A DNA stretch of 64,000 nt from an uncultured Oscillospiraceae bacterium (GCA_900768135.1 CAAGBT010000055.1:113852-177851); one strand, 5' to 3'; counted from the first letter of the stretch, positions 31,343-43,470 are shown. Notes: generated from the letters alone by a model not told the origin. Program-made: numbers and translations.

Positions 31343-31375
31343 CGCAGAATTGTCCGGATAATCGCAGAGTTGTCC
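31343..31375 (+). promoter_or_regulatory. Direct repeat CGCAGArTTGTCC x2, 20-bp centre-to-centre, and a candidate YesN-type regulator binding site upstream of the ABC operon promoter
   Basis: Two 13-nt near-identical direct repeats (12/13 match) lie about 45 nt upstream of a TTCACC-16-TATAAT promoter-like element and 85 nt upstream of the SBP start. Confidence 0.3.
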
Positions 31376-31458
31376 CATTTCACCGCAAGCGGGTGAACGG
31401 TATAATGATAAACGATAGCAAGCTATGCTATTACTATGATGAATGAAGGAGAAACACG

Positions 31459-32715
31459 ATGAAAAGAAAGCTTTTGGCGCTGCTTCTTGCCGCTGTGATG
31501 GTCCTTTCCCTTGCCGCCTGCGGCGATAAGAAGGACGACGCACAGGACGAGAACCTGCCTGCCGAGGACGTCAAGGACTACTCGGGCTACACCATCCGCA
31601 TCTATTCCAATTCCAACTCCACCGAACGCACCACCTGGCTGATCAACGAGGCCAAGGATGCCGGCTTCACCATTTCGATCGACGATAACTCCGTTATCTC
31701 CGGCGATACCGCCGCTATCCAGGCTGCCAACGAAAACAAGGACGGCGACATTCTCTTCGGCCTGAACGAGACCCGCTGGAGCCAGGTCGTTGACGGCGTT
31801 TACGAGAACCTCAAGCTCGTTGACTGGACGCCGACCTGGGCGGGCGAGGTCGGCGAATATGCCTATCCGGGCAGCGCTTACGGCCTTGTCATCCAGAACG
31901 TGCTGATGCTCTACCGCAACGATGAGCTTGGCACCAACGGCGAGAAGCTGCACTTCCAGCACTGGGCCGACATCGTTAACTGCGGCTACAGCTGGTACCG
32001 CCAGAACAAGGTCGGCGGCACGACCAACGCCAACATCAACTCCGCCATGCTCTATGCCTTTGTCGATCCCGCTTCTCCCGCCGGCGGCATCTCCACCGAC
32101 GGCTGGAAGACCCTGTGGCAGTACTGCGCCAACGGCGTGTATTCCTCCGACGATAGCTACAAGTACGGCTTTGACCCACTGAACAAGGGCGACGTTGCCG
32201 TTTCCACCTTCTATTCCTCCTCCCTCTACGGCAAGATCGACGCCGCCGCGGAAAGCTCCGAGAATCCCCTCAAGGGCGCTCTCCAGCCGGAGAACTGGGA
32301 TCTCGTTGAGATCGACGACGGCACCTACTACATCGCCGAGTACATCGGCATCCTCGACAAGGCCGGCCGCAGCGAGGAAGAGACCGAGGCCGTTAAGGCG
32401 TTTGCCGAGTGGTTCGGCTCCGCTGAGACGCAGGCTGCCTGGGGCGAAGAGTTCGACTCCTATCCCTGCAACACTGCCGCCGCCAACATTCTCTATCCCG
32501 ATGGCATCCCCTCCATCTATACGCTCAAGAACTTTGCCCTCAGCACCGTGGAAGGCACCGACATGACCTATGCCGAGTATGTTGCCGCGCACTCCAGCGA
32601 GTGGACCAACATCATGACCAACCTTGGCTTCTACTGGGCGGACGCTTCCGCCGCCGTGGCTGAGCCTGACTGGGACAACCTTGACTGGGCGACCCTGACG
32701 CAGGCGAAGGAGTAA
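31459..32715 (+). CDS. ABC transporter substrate-binding lipoprotein, same superfamily as the sensor SBP
   Basis: Lipobox (LSLAACG), 418 aa. The start is preceded by GAAGGAG. Confidence 0.75.
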   Translation: MKRKLLALLLAAVMVLSLAACGDKKDDAQDENLPAEDVKDYSGYTIRIYSNSNSTERTTWLINEAKDAGFTISIDDNSVISGDTAAIQAANENKDGDILFGLNETRWSQVVDGVYENLKLVDWTPTWAGEVGEYAYPGSAYGLVIQNVLMLYRNDELGTNGEKLHFQHWADIVNCGYSWYRQNKVGGTTNANINSAMLYAFVDPASPAGGISTDGWKTLWQYCANGVYSSDDSYKYGFDPLNKGDVAVSTFYSSSLYGKIDAAAESSENPLKGALQPENWDLVEIDDGTYYIAEYIGILDKAGRSEEETEAVKAFAEWFGSAETQAAWGEEFDSYPCNTAAANILYPDGIPSIYTLKNFALSTVEGTDMTYAEYVAAHSSEWTNIMTNLGFYWADASAAVAEPDWDNLDWATLTQAKE

Positions 32716-32845
32716 TCCCTGCCGCACCGCTCCCCGCGAGACGGCTCGAACGGGGAAGGAAAGACCATACAGCACGCTTTGCAGGGCGGGCCGGCGCTGC
32801 CGGCCCGCCCTGCTCCCAATGATCCAACAAAAAGGAGAAATGATT

Positions 32846-33876
<1,031 letters not shown>

Positions 33877-33880
<4 letters not shown>

Positions 33881-35844
33881 TGGGCGCGGCGCTGGATAAG
33901 CGGCGCTTTGACGCCGCGTTCGTGGTGCGGATGCTCGGCATCGTTCTGTTTGCCTACTTTTTCTTCGGCTTCATGCTCATGCCGTGCCTGAACACGCTTA
34001 CAAGCATTTTCAACGCCACCAACGCCGCCGGCGAACGCGACCCGCTGGCGGTCATCCGCTTTTTCTTTGCGGGCAACATGGGGCGCTATGTGTGGAACTC
34101 GCTCAAGCTCGCCATCTGCCTGGTGATCACCGTAAATGTGGTGGGCGTTTCCATCGTGCTGCTCACGGAGTACTTTGATATCAAGGGCGCGAATATCCTG
34201 CGCCTTGGCTATATGACCACGATGATCTATTCCGGCGTCGCGCTGGTCACGGGCTATCTGTTCCTCTATGCGTCCGACGGCATTCTGACAACAGCTCTGG
34301 CTGAAGCGTTTCCCAATTTCAACACGAGCTGGTTCTCCGGCTTCAATGCGGTGCTGTTCACCATGACCTTTGCCTGCACAAGCAACCACGCGCTCTTTTT
34401 GCGCAACGCCATCCGCGGCATCGATTACAACACCGTGGAGGCTGCGCGCAACATGGGCGCAAAGCCGTTCAAGGTGCTGTGGAAGGTCGTTTTTCCCACG
34501 CTCGTTCCCACAATGTTCTCGCTGACGGTCATGACCTTTATCACCGGCCTGTGCGCCATGTCCGCGCCGACCCTGCTGGGCTACGACTCCATCAACCCTG
34601 AGATCGTGCGTCTGGCCGGCTCGTCTGTTGCGGACGAATCGTTCCCGCAGGCGCGCGCGGCGCTGCTGTCGATCATTCTGGCAATGTTCACCATCGTGCT
34701 GCTGACGGTGCTTTCCGCCTATGAGCGCAAGGGCCACTACCTTTCCGTTTCCAAGACGAAGGCAAAGCTCCAGAAGCAGAAAATCACCAATCCCGTATGG
34801 AATGCGGTCGCCCACGTTTACGCCTATGTGCTGTTCGTCATCTATATGATCCCCGTGGTGATGATCATCCTGTTCTCGTTCCAGACCTACGGCGCCATCC
34901 GCATGAAGAAGCTCGATCTTTCCAACTGGACGCTTGTCAACTTCTTCGGCACGCAGGACTACCAGTATCTCACCTCGCGCGGCACCTACAAGGTGCGCGA
35001 GGGGTCGATCTCCGGCCTTTTTGCCAACGAGGCAACGCTTGGCGGCATCAAGATGAGCTTTGAGCTTTCCGTCATTGCTGCGGCGCTGGCGTGCCTGATT
35101 GTGGTGATCGCCTGCAACTACATCTTCAAAAACCGCAGCAAAAAATCCGGCGTGGTGCTGGAGTATTGCCTGCTGTTTCCCTGGCTGCTGCCCACGATCC
35201 TGATCTGCTACTCCTACCGCACCTATTTCAATTCCGAAGCGATCTGGTATGTCGGCAATGCAAACCTCTATTTTGCCGAAAATGTGCGCATTCTGATCGT
35301 GCTGGCCTACACGGTGGTCAAGCTGCCATTCTCGCTGCGCATGATCAAGGCGGCGTTCTACGCCATTGACAACGAACTGGAGGACGCTGCGCGCAACATG
35401 GGCGCGAGCGGCATCATGACCTTCCTGAAGGTAAAGCTGCCCATCATTCTGCCGAGCGTGCTGGCGGTGTTTGCGCTGAACTTCAACGCGCTGTTCACAG
35501 AATACGATATGTCGGCGACCTTTGCCAGCTCTTACGGCACGAGCTATGCCATGGTGATCCAGTCGATGTGCCGCGAGGAGGGGCTGTACGGCTATAATGT
35601 CAACGCCTCCGGCAGGCGGTGCGCCTCTACGGTGTTCATCATGCTGCTCTCGGGCCTGATCCTGTACCTCGTCTACGGTGTGGGCGCGCGGGATCTGGGC
35701 GAGCGGCTGGAGGCGAGAGAGCGCCGCAGCCGCCGTATGGAAAAGCTGACAGGCCTTTTCAAAAAGCGGCCCGCCGCTGCGGCGAAAGCGGAAGCGGCGG
35801 CGGTTGCTGCCGTGCCCGCAGAGGAGCCGGGGGAGAAGCTATGA
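33877..35844 (+). CDS. ABC transporter permease, fused two-domain, with a charged A/E/K-rich C-terminal tail
   Basis: 655 aa carrying two permease modules. The start overlaps the ATPase stop. Confidence 0.8.
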
Positions 35845-36443
35845 TCGATACCATTGTATTTGATATGGGCGGCGTCCTTGTCGATTTCAGCGCGGAGCTG
35901 TTTTCAAAGCGGCTGCACGTCGGCGCGGAGGGCCAGGAGCTGCTCACGCGGCATCTGCTGCGCACGACCGACTGGGTGCGCCTTGACCGTGGCACCATCA
36001 CTGAGGAGGAGGTCGCCGCGCACGCCTGCGCAAGGCTCCCCGAAGAGCTGCACGCCGCCGTGGATTATATCGTCAACCACTGGAACGAGCCGATCTCTCC
36101 GGTGGAGGGAACGGCGGATGTGGCGCGCGCGCTGAAGGCGCGCGGCTACACGCTGTACCTGCTTTCAAACGCGAGCCGCCGCCAGCACGACTACTGGCCG
36201 GATATTCCGGGCAGCGAGTGCTTTTCCGGCACGCTGATCTCGGCGGACGTCCATCTGCTCAAGCCGGAGGCGGCGATCTACGCAGAGCTGTTCCGGAAGT
36301 TTACGCTTCGACCGGAGCAATGTTTCTTCATCGATGATTTTCCGCCGAATATCGAAGCGGCGGAAAACGCCGGGATGCAGGGCGTTGTGTTCCACGATGC
36401 GCGCCAGCTTGAAGACGAACTCAAAAAGCGCGGGATCCTCTGA
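35841..36443 (+). CDS. HAD-superfamily hydrolase (subfamily IA-like phosphatase)
   Basis: Motif I is IVFDMGGVLVD. The protein has a capped Rossmannoid HAD architecture and the C-terminal motif FIDDFPPNIEAA. ATGA overlap with the permease stop. Confidence 0.7.
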   Translation: MIDTIVFDMGGVLVDFSAELFSKRLHVGAEGQELLTRHLLRTTDWVRLDRGTITEEEVAAHACARLPEELHAAVDYIVNHWNEPISPVEGTADVARALKARGYTLYLLSNASRRQHDYWPDIPGSECFSGTLISADVHLLKPEAAIYAELFRKFTLRPEQCFFIDDFPPNIEAAENAGMQGVVFHDARQLEDELKKRGIL

Positions 36444-36477
36444 TCCCGCGCTTTCCTATGAAAGGAGACTGCCTGTT

Positions 36478-37407
36478 ATGTCCATTCTGAAGCTCGCGCC
36501 CGCCTGCAAGGATTATCTCTGGGGCGGGAGAAAGCTGATCGATGACTATCACAAGCGCTTTGATGGCGCGCGCCTTGCCGAAACGTGGGAGCTGAGCTGC
36601 CATGAGGACGGATTGTCTGTTATTGCGGAGGGCGCGCACGCCGGCGAAACGCTGAAGGCATATCTTGCGCGGCATCCGGCGGCGCTGGGGAAGGCTGGGG
36701 GCCGATTTGACGATTTCCCGATTCTCATCAAGCTGATCGATGCAGAGCGCGACCTCTCTGTTCAGGTGCATCCCGGCGATGCGTATGCCCGCGCGCACGA
36801 GGGGCAGAGCGGCAAAACGGAAATGTGGTATGTGCTGTCTGCCGCGCCGGGCGCACATCTTTACTGCGGGTTTGCCCGCCCGCTGACGAGGGAGGAATTT
36901 CGCGCGCGCATCGAAGCCGGCACATTGCCGGAGGTGCTGCGCCGCGTGAACGTGAAGGCGGGCGATGTGGTGTTCATTCCCGCCGGCACCATCCATGCGA
37001 TCTGCCGGGGCATCGTGGTCGCCGAGGTGCAGCAGAGCTCCAACGTGACCTATCGCGTGTGCGATTACGGCCGCCTTGGCGCGGACGGCAGACCGCGCGC
37101 GCTGCACATTGCGCAGGCGCTGGAGGTGACCGACCTGAGCGCGGGGGCGAAGCAGCCGGACTTCGGCGGGCATCTGGCGCGCTGCGCATATTTTACCGCC
37201 GACCTGCTGCGTGCGCCGGAGGAGACGGCGTGCGGCGCGGAGTCGTTCCTGTCGCTGCTGATGCTCGATGGCGAGGGGACGGTGGAGTGCGGAGGAGAGC
37301 GCGTTCCCGCGCGCCGGGGGGAGAGCCTGTTTCTTTCCGCCGGCAGCGGCACAGTACGGCTCACCGGCACGCTGCGCGCACTCTGCACGCGCGCGGGAGT
37401 GGTGTAA
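36478..37407 (+). CDS. manA: Mannose-6-phosphate isomerase, class I
   Basis: The family signature sequences KDYLWGG, QVHPGDAYA and WYVLSAAPGAHLYCGF are present. The start is preceded by AAAGGAG. Confidence 0.8.
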   Translation: MSILKLAPACKDYLWGGRKLIDDYHKRFDGARLAETWELSCHEDGLSVIAEGAHAGETLKAYLARHPAALGKAGGRFDDFPILIKLIDAERDLSVQVHPGDAYARAHEGQSGKTEMWYVLSAAPGAHLYCGFARPLTREEFRARIEAGTLPEVLRRVNVKAGDVVFIPAGTIHAICRGIVVAEVQQSSNVTYRVCDYGRLGADGRPRALHIAQALEVTDLSAGAKQPDFGGHLARCAYFTADLLRAPEETACGAESFLSLLMLDGEGTVECGGERVPARRGESLFLSAGSGTVRLTGTLRALCTRAGVV

Positions 37408-37422
37408 AAGGCAAAAAGAGAA

Positions 37423-37453
37423 AAGCGCGCGGAGCCATTGGCTCCGCGCGCTT
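37423..37453. terminator. Bidirectional terminator hairpin between convergent manA and the EEP gene
   Basis: A 14-bp stem, AAGCGCGCGGAGCC-att-GGCTCCGCGCGCTT, with an A-rich tract upstream that forms the T-tract for the minus-strand gene. Confidence 0.5.
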
Positions 37454-37461
37454 CGGCGTTC

Positions 37462-38562
37462 TTATTCGTGCAGGATAAAGTCCATATAAATGGGGTTGTG
37501 ATCGGAATAGCGGTAGCCTGCATCGACCACAGCGGCGGAGACGGCCTCCACGTTGCCGGAGATGAGAAAGCCGTCCACCGTGACGCGGAAGGTCGTTTCA
37601 ATATTATAGGCCTCGCTGGCCGTGCGGCAGGTGGCGACGGGATGGGCGGGGTCAAACGGAACGACGAGGGAAAGCCCATCGGGGATCGTCCCCTCTGGGA
37701 TGGGCTGCGCCCAGGTGTCGTTTTCGCCGCCTGCAACGCCGAAAACTTCGGCAGAATTGCCCAGCAGGTCCTTGTTGAAGTCGCCGCCTGCAACGCAGTA
37801 GTTGCCGTTTTCATATTCCGCCAGCATATCGGCGCAGAGCATTTCGAGCTGCTCGGTCGCAATCGTGCCGTCGGACGTGTAGGCGGAAAGATGAAGGTTG
37901 TAAAGCACCAGTTCTTTGCCGTTCGCCATCGGGATGCGGCTGACGCTGTAGCAGCGGTCAAGGTCAACAAGCTTCATAAAGCCCGCTTCGATGGGCAGCG
38001 AGCGGCGCACGGCGGAAGAGATCGGATGACGCGAGAGCGTCACAATGCCGGACTGGTTCGCGCCGTGAGGATTAATCAAAGGGTAGAAGAGGTATGGGCT
38101 GTCGTAGTTCTGCGCAAATACCTCGTCGAATTCACTGTTCTCCATCGCATCGCTGAGATAAGCGTCCTCTGCGATGTGCCAGCTGCGCGTGCCGTTGATA
38201 TCGACCTCCTGGAAAAGCGCGAAGTCGGGCGAGAGATCCTTGACGAGCGAGACCTCGCCGCGCATATTCTCATCAACGGCCTGCCTGCTGCGGGCGCGGC
38301 TCTCCCTGCCGCCGTCCATGAAGAAGCTGTAATCGTCGCTGTACGCGCCGAAGCCGACGTTTGCCGACGAAACGCGGTAGACCGTCTCCGTTTCCGCCGC
38401 CCCCTCCATCGGCGTAGCGGCTGCGGCGCTGCAGTGTGCAACGCTGAGCCTCTGCATATCCTCCACGCGGTAGTAGGAGGCAAAGACATAGACGACGTAG
38501 GCCAGCACGATCAAAACGAGCGCCAGCAGGATATAGAGCGCGATCTTCAGCGGCTTTTTCAT
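37462..38562 (-). CDS. Endonuclease/exonuclease/phosphatase (EEP) family protein, membrane-anchored
   Basis: The start MKKPLKIALYILLALVLIVLAYVVYVF is an N-terminal TM anchor, preceded by GGAAGGAG. EEP motifs (..DHNPI..) are present at the C-terminus. Confidence 0.7.
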   Translation of the reverse strand: MKKPLKIALYILLALVLIVLAYVVYVFASYYRVEDMQRLSVAHCSAAAATPMEGAAETETVYRVSSANVGFGAYSDDYSFFMDGGRESRARSRQAVDENMRGEVSLVKDLSPDFALFQEVDINGTRSWHIAEDAYLSDAMENSEFDEVFAQNYDSPYLFYPLINPHGANQSGIVTLSRHPISSAVRRSLPIEAGFMKLVDLDRCYSVSRIPMANGKELVLYNLHLSAYTSDGTIATEQLEMLCADMLAEYENGNYCVAGGDFNKDLLGNSAEVFGVAGGENDTWAQPIPEGTIPDGLSLVVPFDPAHPVATCRTASEAYNIETTFRVTVDGFLISGNVEAVSAAVVDAGYRYSDHNPIYMDFILHE

Positions 38563-38771
38563 AAGGGAAACTCCTTCCGGAAAAAGGGATTCTGCCAGTA
38601 TTCTGCCACAGAACGGGCGGAAAAGCAAGGGAAAAAGCGGTTGACGCACAGGGGCAAAAAGACTATACTGAAAATGTATTATTGTCGGCTGGCGCGCTCT
38701 GCGGCGCGCAGTCACCACTTCCCCGGCGGCGCATACGATGAAGAAGAATGCGCTGTTTGGGAGGGAAAGCG

Positions 38772-40031
38772 ATGTGTGAACTGTTTGTGGAGGGCGGAGA
38801 ACACCTGCGGGGCGAGCTGACGATACAGGGTTCAAAAAACAGCGTGCTGCCGATCCTGGCGGCAACGCTGCTGTGCGCAGACACCTGCCTGATCGAGAAC
38901 TGTCCGAAGCTGCGGGACGTGGAGGCGTCCATTGCCATTTTGCGGCATTTGGGCTGCTGCACCCATTGGGAGGGCGATGCGCTTGCGGTGGATACCGCGC
39001 ACATGGACCGCTCTGCGGTGCCGGACGCGCTGATGCGCGAGATGCGCTCGTCGGTCATTTTCCTGGGAGCGATTCTTGCGCGCTGCGGGAACGCGACGAT
39101 CTGCTATCCCGGCGGCTGCGAGCTTGGGCCGCGGCCGATCGACCTGCATCTGAGCGCGCTGCGCGCGTTGGGGGCCGAGATCGCCGAGATCGGCGGCGAG
39201 CTGCGCTGCTGCGGCGGCGCGCTGCGGGGCGCGGATGTGTACCTGCCGATGCCGAGCGTGGGCGCAACGGAGAACGCCGTTCTCTGCGCCTGCGGCGCGG
39301 AGGGGATCACGACCATTTACAATGCCGCGCGCGAGCCGGAGATCGTCGATCTGCAAAATTTTATCAACGCGATGGGCGGCAATGTGCGCGGCGCGGGAGG
39401 CTCCATCATCACGGTGGAGGGAAAGCGCGCCCTGCACGGCGGGCGCTACCGCATCATTGCCGACCGCATCGTGGGGGCGACCTATCTCTGCGCCGCCGCC
39501 TGCTGCGGCGGCGAGGTACGGCTGTGCGGCATGGATCCGCGCTCGCTTTCTACCGTGTCCGGCGCGCTGAGCGAGGCGGGCTGCACTGTGGAGAGCGGAG
39601 AGGACAGCATCGTTCTTCGCAGCAGCGGCGTGCTGCGCGCGATACGCTCCGTGCGCACCGCGCCCTATCCCGGCTTTCCAACGGACGCCCAGCCGGTGCT
39701 GATGGCGGCGCTGCTCAGGAGCGAGGGAAGCACCGTGTTTGTGGAAAACATTTTTGAAAACCGCTACCGCCATGTTGACGAGCTTGCGCGCATGGGCGCG
39801 GAGATCCGCGTGGCCGGGCGCGTGGCGGTGGTTACGGGGCGGGCGCGGCTGCATGGGGCGCGCGTCAAATGCACCGATCTGCGCGCCGGCGCGGCGCTCG
39901 TCATTGCGGGCTTGCAGGCAGAGGGGCTGACGCGCATTTCGCGCGTGGAACATATCGACCGCGGATACGAGAGCATAGAACGCGATCTCAGCGCGCTGGG
40001 CGCGCGCATCCGGCGGGAAACGGATACATAG
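38772..40031 (+). CDS. murA: UDP-N-acetylglucosamine 1-carboxyvinyltransferase
   Basis: EPSP-synthase fold with the GGEHLRGELTIQGSKNSVLPILAATLL N-terminus, plus the active Cys loop region. Confidence 0.9.
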   Translation: MCELFVEGGEHLRGELTIQGSKNSVLPILAATLLCADTCLIENCPKLRDVEASIAILRHLGCCTHWEGDALAVDTAHMDRSAVPDALMREMRSSVIFLGAILARCGNATICYPGGCELGPRPIDLHLSALRALGAEIAEIGGELRCCGGALRGADVYLPMPSVGATENAVLCACGAEGITTIYNAAREPEIVDLQNFINAMGGNVRGAGGSIITVEGKRALHGGRYRIIADRIVGATYLCAAACCGGEVRLCGMDPRSLSTVSGALSEAGCTVESGEDSIVLRSSGVLRAIRSVRTAPYPGFPTDAQPVLMAALLRSEGSTVFVENIFENRYRHVDELARMGAEIRVAGRVAVVTGRARLHGARVKCTDLRAGAALVIAGLQAEGLTRISRVEHIDRGYESIERDLSALGARIRRETDT

Positions 40032-40048
40032 AAAAGGGTAGGAGCAGC

Positions 40049-40816
40049 ATGGCGGCAAGGCACAGGAACAGAAGACGCAGGCGGGGAAGAGCATCTTTCC
40101 CGCTCAGGTTGCTTGGCCTTGCGGTCGTGCTGGCTGCCGTTGTGGGTGCGGTAACAATGTTTTTCCGCATCAATGTGATGATAGTGGAGGGGAACGAGCG
40201 CTACACAGACGAGCAGATCATTGCTGCCGCCGGCGTGCAGCCCGGAGATAATCTGGTGCTGCTGAACAAGTACAGCGTCAAGCAGGCGGTGTTCGATCAG
40301 CTGCCCTATGTGGAAACCGTTGCCATCAGCCGCAAATACCCCGATGCGCTCATTCTCTCTGTTACAGAATGCACGGCAGCCGCCGCGCTGCCCGGCGGCG
40401 GCGGGATGTGGTGGCTGATGAGCAGCGGCGGAAAGCTCCTGGAGGAAACGGCGCAGCCGGCAGGTGTGGTGAAGGCTTCGGGCTGTACCCTCGATGCGCC
40501 GGCGCCCGGCGGCGCGGCGGCCTTCGCGCAGGACGACTCCTACAAGCTCGAGCGCCTGCTTGCCCTGCTGCGGGAGGCGGAGGACAAGCGCCTGCTGGAG
40601 TATATCGATGCGCTGGAGCTGAGCGATGGCGCGCAGATCACCTTTACCTATCAGCAGCGTTTTACGGTAAAGCTCCCCTGGGATGCCGACATGGACCGCT
40701 CTCTGCGCGCGCTGCAGAAGGTGGTGGACGAACGTCTCGAGTCGAACGAAACGGGCGAGATCAACCTGATGAACCTGATGACGGAAGGCCGGGCATATTT
40801 TATCCCCAGCAAGTGA
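40049..40816 (+). CDS. divIB: Cell division protein DivIB/FtsQ (POTRA domain)
   Basis: N-terminal Arg-rich tail, a single TM helix, and a POTRA-like region (VMIVEGNERYTDEQIIAAAGVQPGDNL). Gene position lies between murA and ftsZ. Confidence 0.75.
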   Translation: MAARHRNRRRRRGRASFPLRLLGLAVVLAAVVGAVTMFFRINVMIVEGNERYTDEQIIAAAGVQPGDNLVLLNKYSVKQAVFDQLPYVETVAISRKYPDALILSVTECTAAAALPGGGGMWWLMSSGGKLLEETAQPAGVVKASGCTLDAPAPGGAAAFAQDDSYKLERLLALLREAEDKRLLEYIDALELSDGAQITFTYQQRFTVKLPWDADMDRSLRALQKVVDERLESNETGEINLMNLMTEGRAYFIPSK

Positions 40817-40855
40817 GAAGCCTGCAAAAAAGTTGGCGGAAATAATGAAACGCTA

Positions 40856-40884
40856 TTGACCCTGCGAGGAAACCGTAATACAAT
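40856..40884 (+). promoter_or_regulatory. Sigma-A-type promoter (TTGACC-17-TACAAT) upstream of ftsZ
   Basis: The spacing is exactly 17 nt, about 85 nt upstream of the ftsZ ATG. Confidence 0.45.
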
Positions 40885-40967
40885 AAACTAAATAGCAGCC
40901 ACCTGATTTTGTGGCGTCCGCCCCTGCGGGCGCTTTGCCCATACAACAGATTGTAGGAGGAACCGAC

Positions 40968-42098
40968 ATGGCATTCGGATTGGAGACCGGTCCTGAAAAC
41001 GTAGTCAAGATCAAAGTCATCGGCGTTGGCGGCGGCGGGAACAACGTGGTCAACCGCATGGTGCGTTCCGGCGCGCGCGGCGTCGATTTTGTCGCAGTGA
41101 ACACAGACAAGCAGGCGCTGAACGTTTCAGCCGCCACCTATAAGATCCAGATCGGCGAAAAGCTGACGCACGGGCAAGGCGCGGGTTCCGATCCCGAGGT
41201 CGGCCGCAAGAGTGCCGAGGAGAGCCGCACCCAGATCGCCAAGGCGCTGGAGGATACCGACATGGTCTTCATCACCGCCGGCATGGGCGGCGGCACCGGC
41301 ACGGGCGGCGCGCCCATCGTGGCCGAGATCGCCCGCGAGGCGGGCATCCTGACGGTGGGCGTCGTGACCAAGCCCTTCGGCTTTGAGGGCCGCCGCCGCA
41401 TGATGCAGGCGGAAAAGGGCATTGAAGAACTCAAGACCAAGGTCGATTCGCTTGTGATCATCCCGAACGAGCGGCTCAAGCACGCGACCGACCAGAAGAT
41501 CACCTTTGCCAACGCCTTTGAGATCGCGGACGATGTGCTGCGCCAGGCGGTGCAGAGTATTTCCGACCTGATCCGCGACACGGGCTTTATCAACCTTGAC
41601 TTTGCCGATGTGACCGCTATTATGAAGGACGCAGGCCTTGCCCACATGGGCGTGGGCCGCGCGGCGGGCAAGAACAAGGCCGAAGAGGCTGCACGCATGG
41701 CGATCTCGTCTCCGCTGCTGGAGACGTCGATCAACGGCGCGCACGGCGTTCTGATCAACGTTACCGGATCGATGGACATTGGTCTCGACGAGGTAGAACA
41801 GGCCGCTTCCCTTGTGCAGGAGGCTGTGCATCCTGACGCGCTCACGATCTTCGGCGCCACGTTCGACGAAACGCTGGACGATGAGATCCGCGTAACGGTG
41901 ATCGCCACGGGCTTCGACAAGGCGCCCGGCGCGCTCGATTTCGGCAAGGATAAGCAGGAGCCGTCCGAAGCCTCGTCTGCGCCTGCCGGCGGGATCGCCC
42001 CGCTCGATTTCGACAGGGAGAAGGCAGAGGAGGAAAAGAAGGAAGAAGAACCTGACCCGTTCGACGATATCTTCAAAATTTTCAACCGCGAAAAATAA
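40968..42098 (+). CDS. ftsZ: Cell division GTPase FtsZ
   Basis: [17 protein letters not shown] and the tubulin signature GGGTGTG are present. The start is preceded by GTAGGAGG. Confidence 0.95.
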   Translation: MAFGLETGPENVVKIKVIGVGGGGNNVVNRMVRSGARGVDFVAVNTDKQALNVSAATYKIQIGEKLTHGQGAGSDPEVGRKSAEESRTQIAKALEDTDMVFITAGMGGGTGTGGAPIVAEIAREAGILTVGVVTKPFGFEGRRRMMQAEKGIEELKTKVDSLVIIPNERLKHATDQKITFANAFEIADDVLRQAVQSISDLIRDTGFINLDFADVTAIMKDAGLAHMGVGRAAGKNKAEEAARMAISSPLLETSINGAHGVLINVTGSMDIGLDEVEQAASLVQEAVHPDALTIFGATFDETLDDEIRVTVIATGFDKAPGALDFGKDKQEPSEASSAPAGGIAPLDFDREKAEEEKKEEEPDPFDDIFKIFNREK

Positions 42099-42112
42099 AC
42101 AAAGCTTTCCAG

Positions 42113-42145
42113 AATTCCGCAGACTTTGGTCTGCGGAATTTTTTT
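42113..42145 (+). terminator. Rho-independent terminator after ftsZ
   Basis: ATTCCGCAGAC-tttg-GTCTGCGGAAT followed by TTTTTTT. Confidence 0.65.
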
Positions 42146-42363
42146 GCCCGCCGCACAGCGCAAGCGGGAAAAGATCGATGCCAGCGCATCTAAATTTTTC
42201 ACCTTGTAATTCTGCCCGAAGCGCAGAAAGTAAATGCGCCGGCCGCAAATAAAAAGAAAGAAAAAAACAGCCGGCGCACCGGAACGCGGCGGGGCGGCGC
42301 GGCATTGGCGCCCCGCGCTGCGCATCCCGCCGCGTTCCCGGAATTTTCAGGAGGGGTGAGAAA

Positions 42364-43404
42364 ATGAATGGAACGCATGGCAGAAAGAGGCGGTTTGCCG
42401 CCTTTGCGCTGGGATTTTTTGCCGCAGCTTCCCTTGCAGCGGGAGCAAACGCGGCGGAAGCGCGCGAGCTGGTGCCGATGGGAGAACCGATCGGCATCAA
42501 GCTGTTTTCCGACGGCGTGCTGGTCATCGGCGTTTCCGAGGGAGAAAATGCAGCGAAAAAATGCGGTCTGAAAGAGGGAGACGTCATCACTGCGCTGAAC
42601 GATGCAGAGCTGGACACGATTGAGCAGCTGCAGGCGCTGCTGAATGAAAACGGCGAAAACGACGCGGCGCTGCGGATCAGGCGCGGCAGCCGCACGCTCA
42701 CGCTGAGCGCGGAGCCGCAGAAAGACGAGAACGGCGCTTACCGCCTTGGCGCATGGGTGCGCGACAGTATGGCGGGCATCGGCACGATGACCTTTTACGA
42801 TCCCGAGAGCGGCGTGTTCGGCGCGCTGGGACATGGCGTGACCGATGTGGACACCGGAAAGCTCCTGCCGCTGGACCACGGAAGCATTATGGACGCTTCG
42901 GTCAAGGCTGTTAAAAAGGGCGAGCGCGCCGCGCCGGGGGAACTGAAGGGAGAATTTGATCTTACGCGCGACAGCGGCGTCCTTTATGCCAATACCGAAC
43001 GCGGCGTATTCGGCACGCTTGCGCGGGAGGACGAGGCAAAGATCACGCGCCCGGCGCTGCCTGCCGCGAAAAAAGAAGAGGTCGCAGTGGGCCGGGCGAG
43101 CATCCTTGCAACGGTAAACGGCGGCGAGACGCGCGAATATCAGATCGAGATCGAGAAGATCTGTTCGCCCGGCGGCGAGACGCGCAATCTGCTCCTGCGT
43201 GTAACGGATGAGGACTTACTTGCGCAGACCGGCGGCGTGGTGCAGGGAATGAGCGGAAGTCCTATCCTGCAAAACGGAAAGCTCGTAGGCGCGGTCACCC
43301 ATGTTCTTGTGGACGACCCAACCAAAGGCTATGGAATTTTCATTGAAAATATGCTGGATGCGGGAGGAGTAGACCACGCAGACGCGCAAAGCGTTAAGGG
43401 CTGA
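42364..43404 (+). CDS. spoIVB: Stage IV sporulation protein B (S55 signalling serine peptidase with PDZ domain)
   Basis: A signal anchor, a PDZ domain, and a catalytic Ser region (GVVQGMSGSPILQNGKLVGAVTHV) are present. Confidence 0.85.
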   Translation: MNGTHGRKRRFAAFALGFFAAASLAAGANAAEARELVPMGEPIGIKLFSDGVLVIGVSEGENAAKKCGLKEGDVITALNDAELDTIEQLQALLNENGENDAALRIRRGSRTLTLSAEPQKDENGAYRLGAWVRDSMAGIGTMTFYDPESGVFGALGHGVTDVDTGKLLPLDHGSIMDASVKAVKKGERAAPGELKGEFDLTRDSGVLYANTERGVFGTLAREDEAKITRPALPAAKKEEVAVGRASILATVNGGETREYQIEIEKICSPGGETRNLLLRVTDEDLLAQTGGVVQGMSGSPILQNGKLVGAVTHVLVDDPTKGYGIFIENMLDAGGVDHADAQSVKG

Positions 43405-43470
43405 TAAAGGCCTGATAAGATAGTATAAAGTGCTGATAATTGCAAAAAATCGTAGAAAAAATTTGTAAAA

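Noticed and set aside
42146-42363. Searched for sigma-F/sigma-G (GCATA-17/18-CATnnTA) promoter elements upstream of spoIVB
   Set aside because: No convincing match found by eye. The region contains only GC-rich tracts, so no promoter feature was called.
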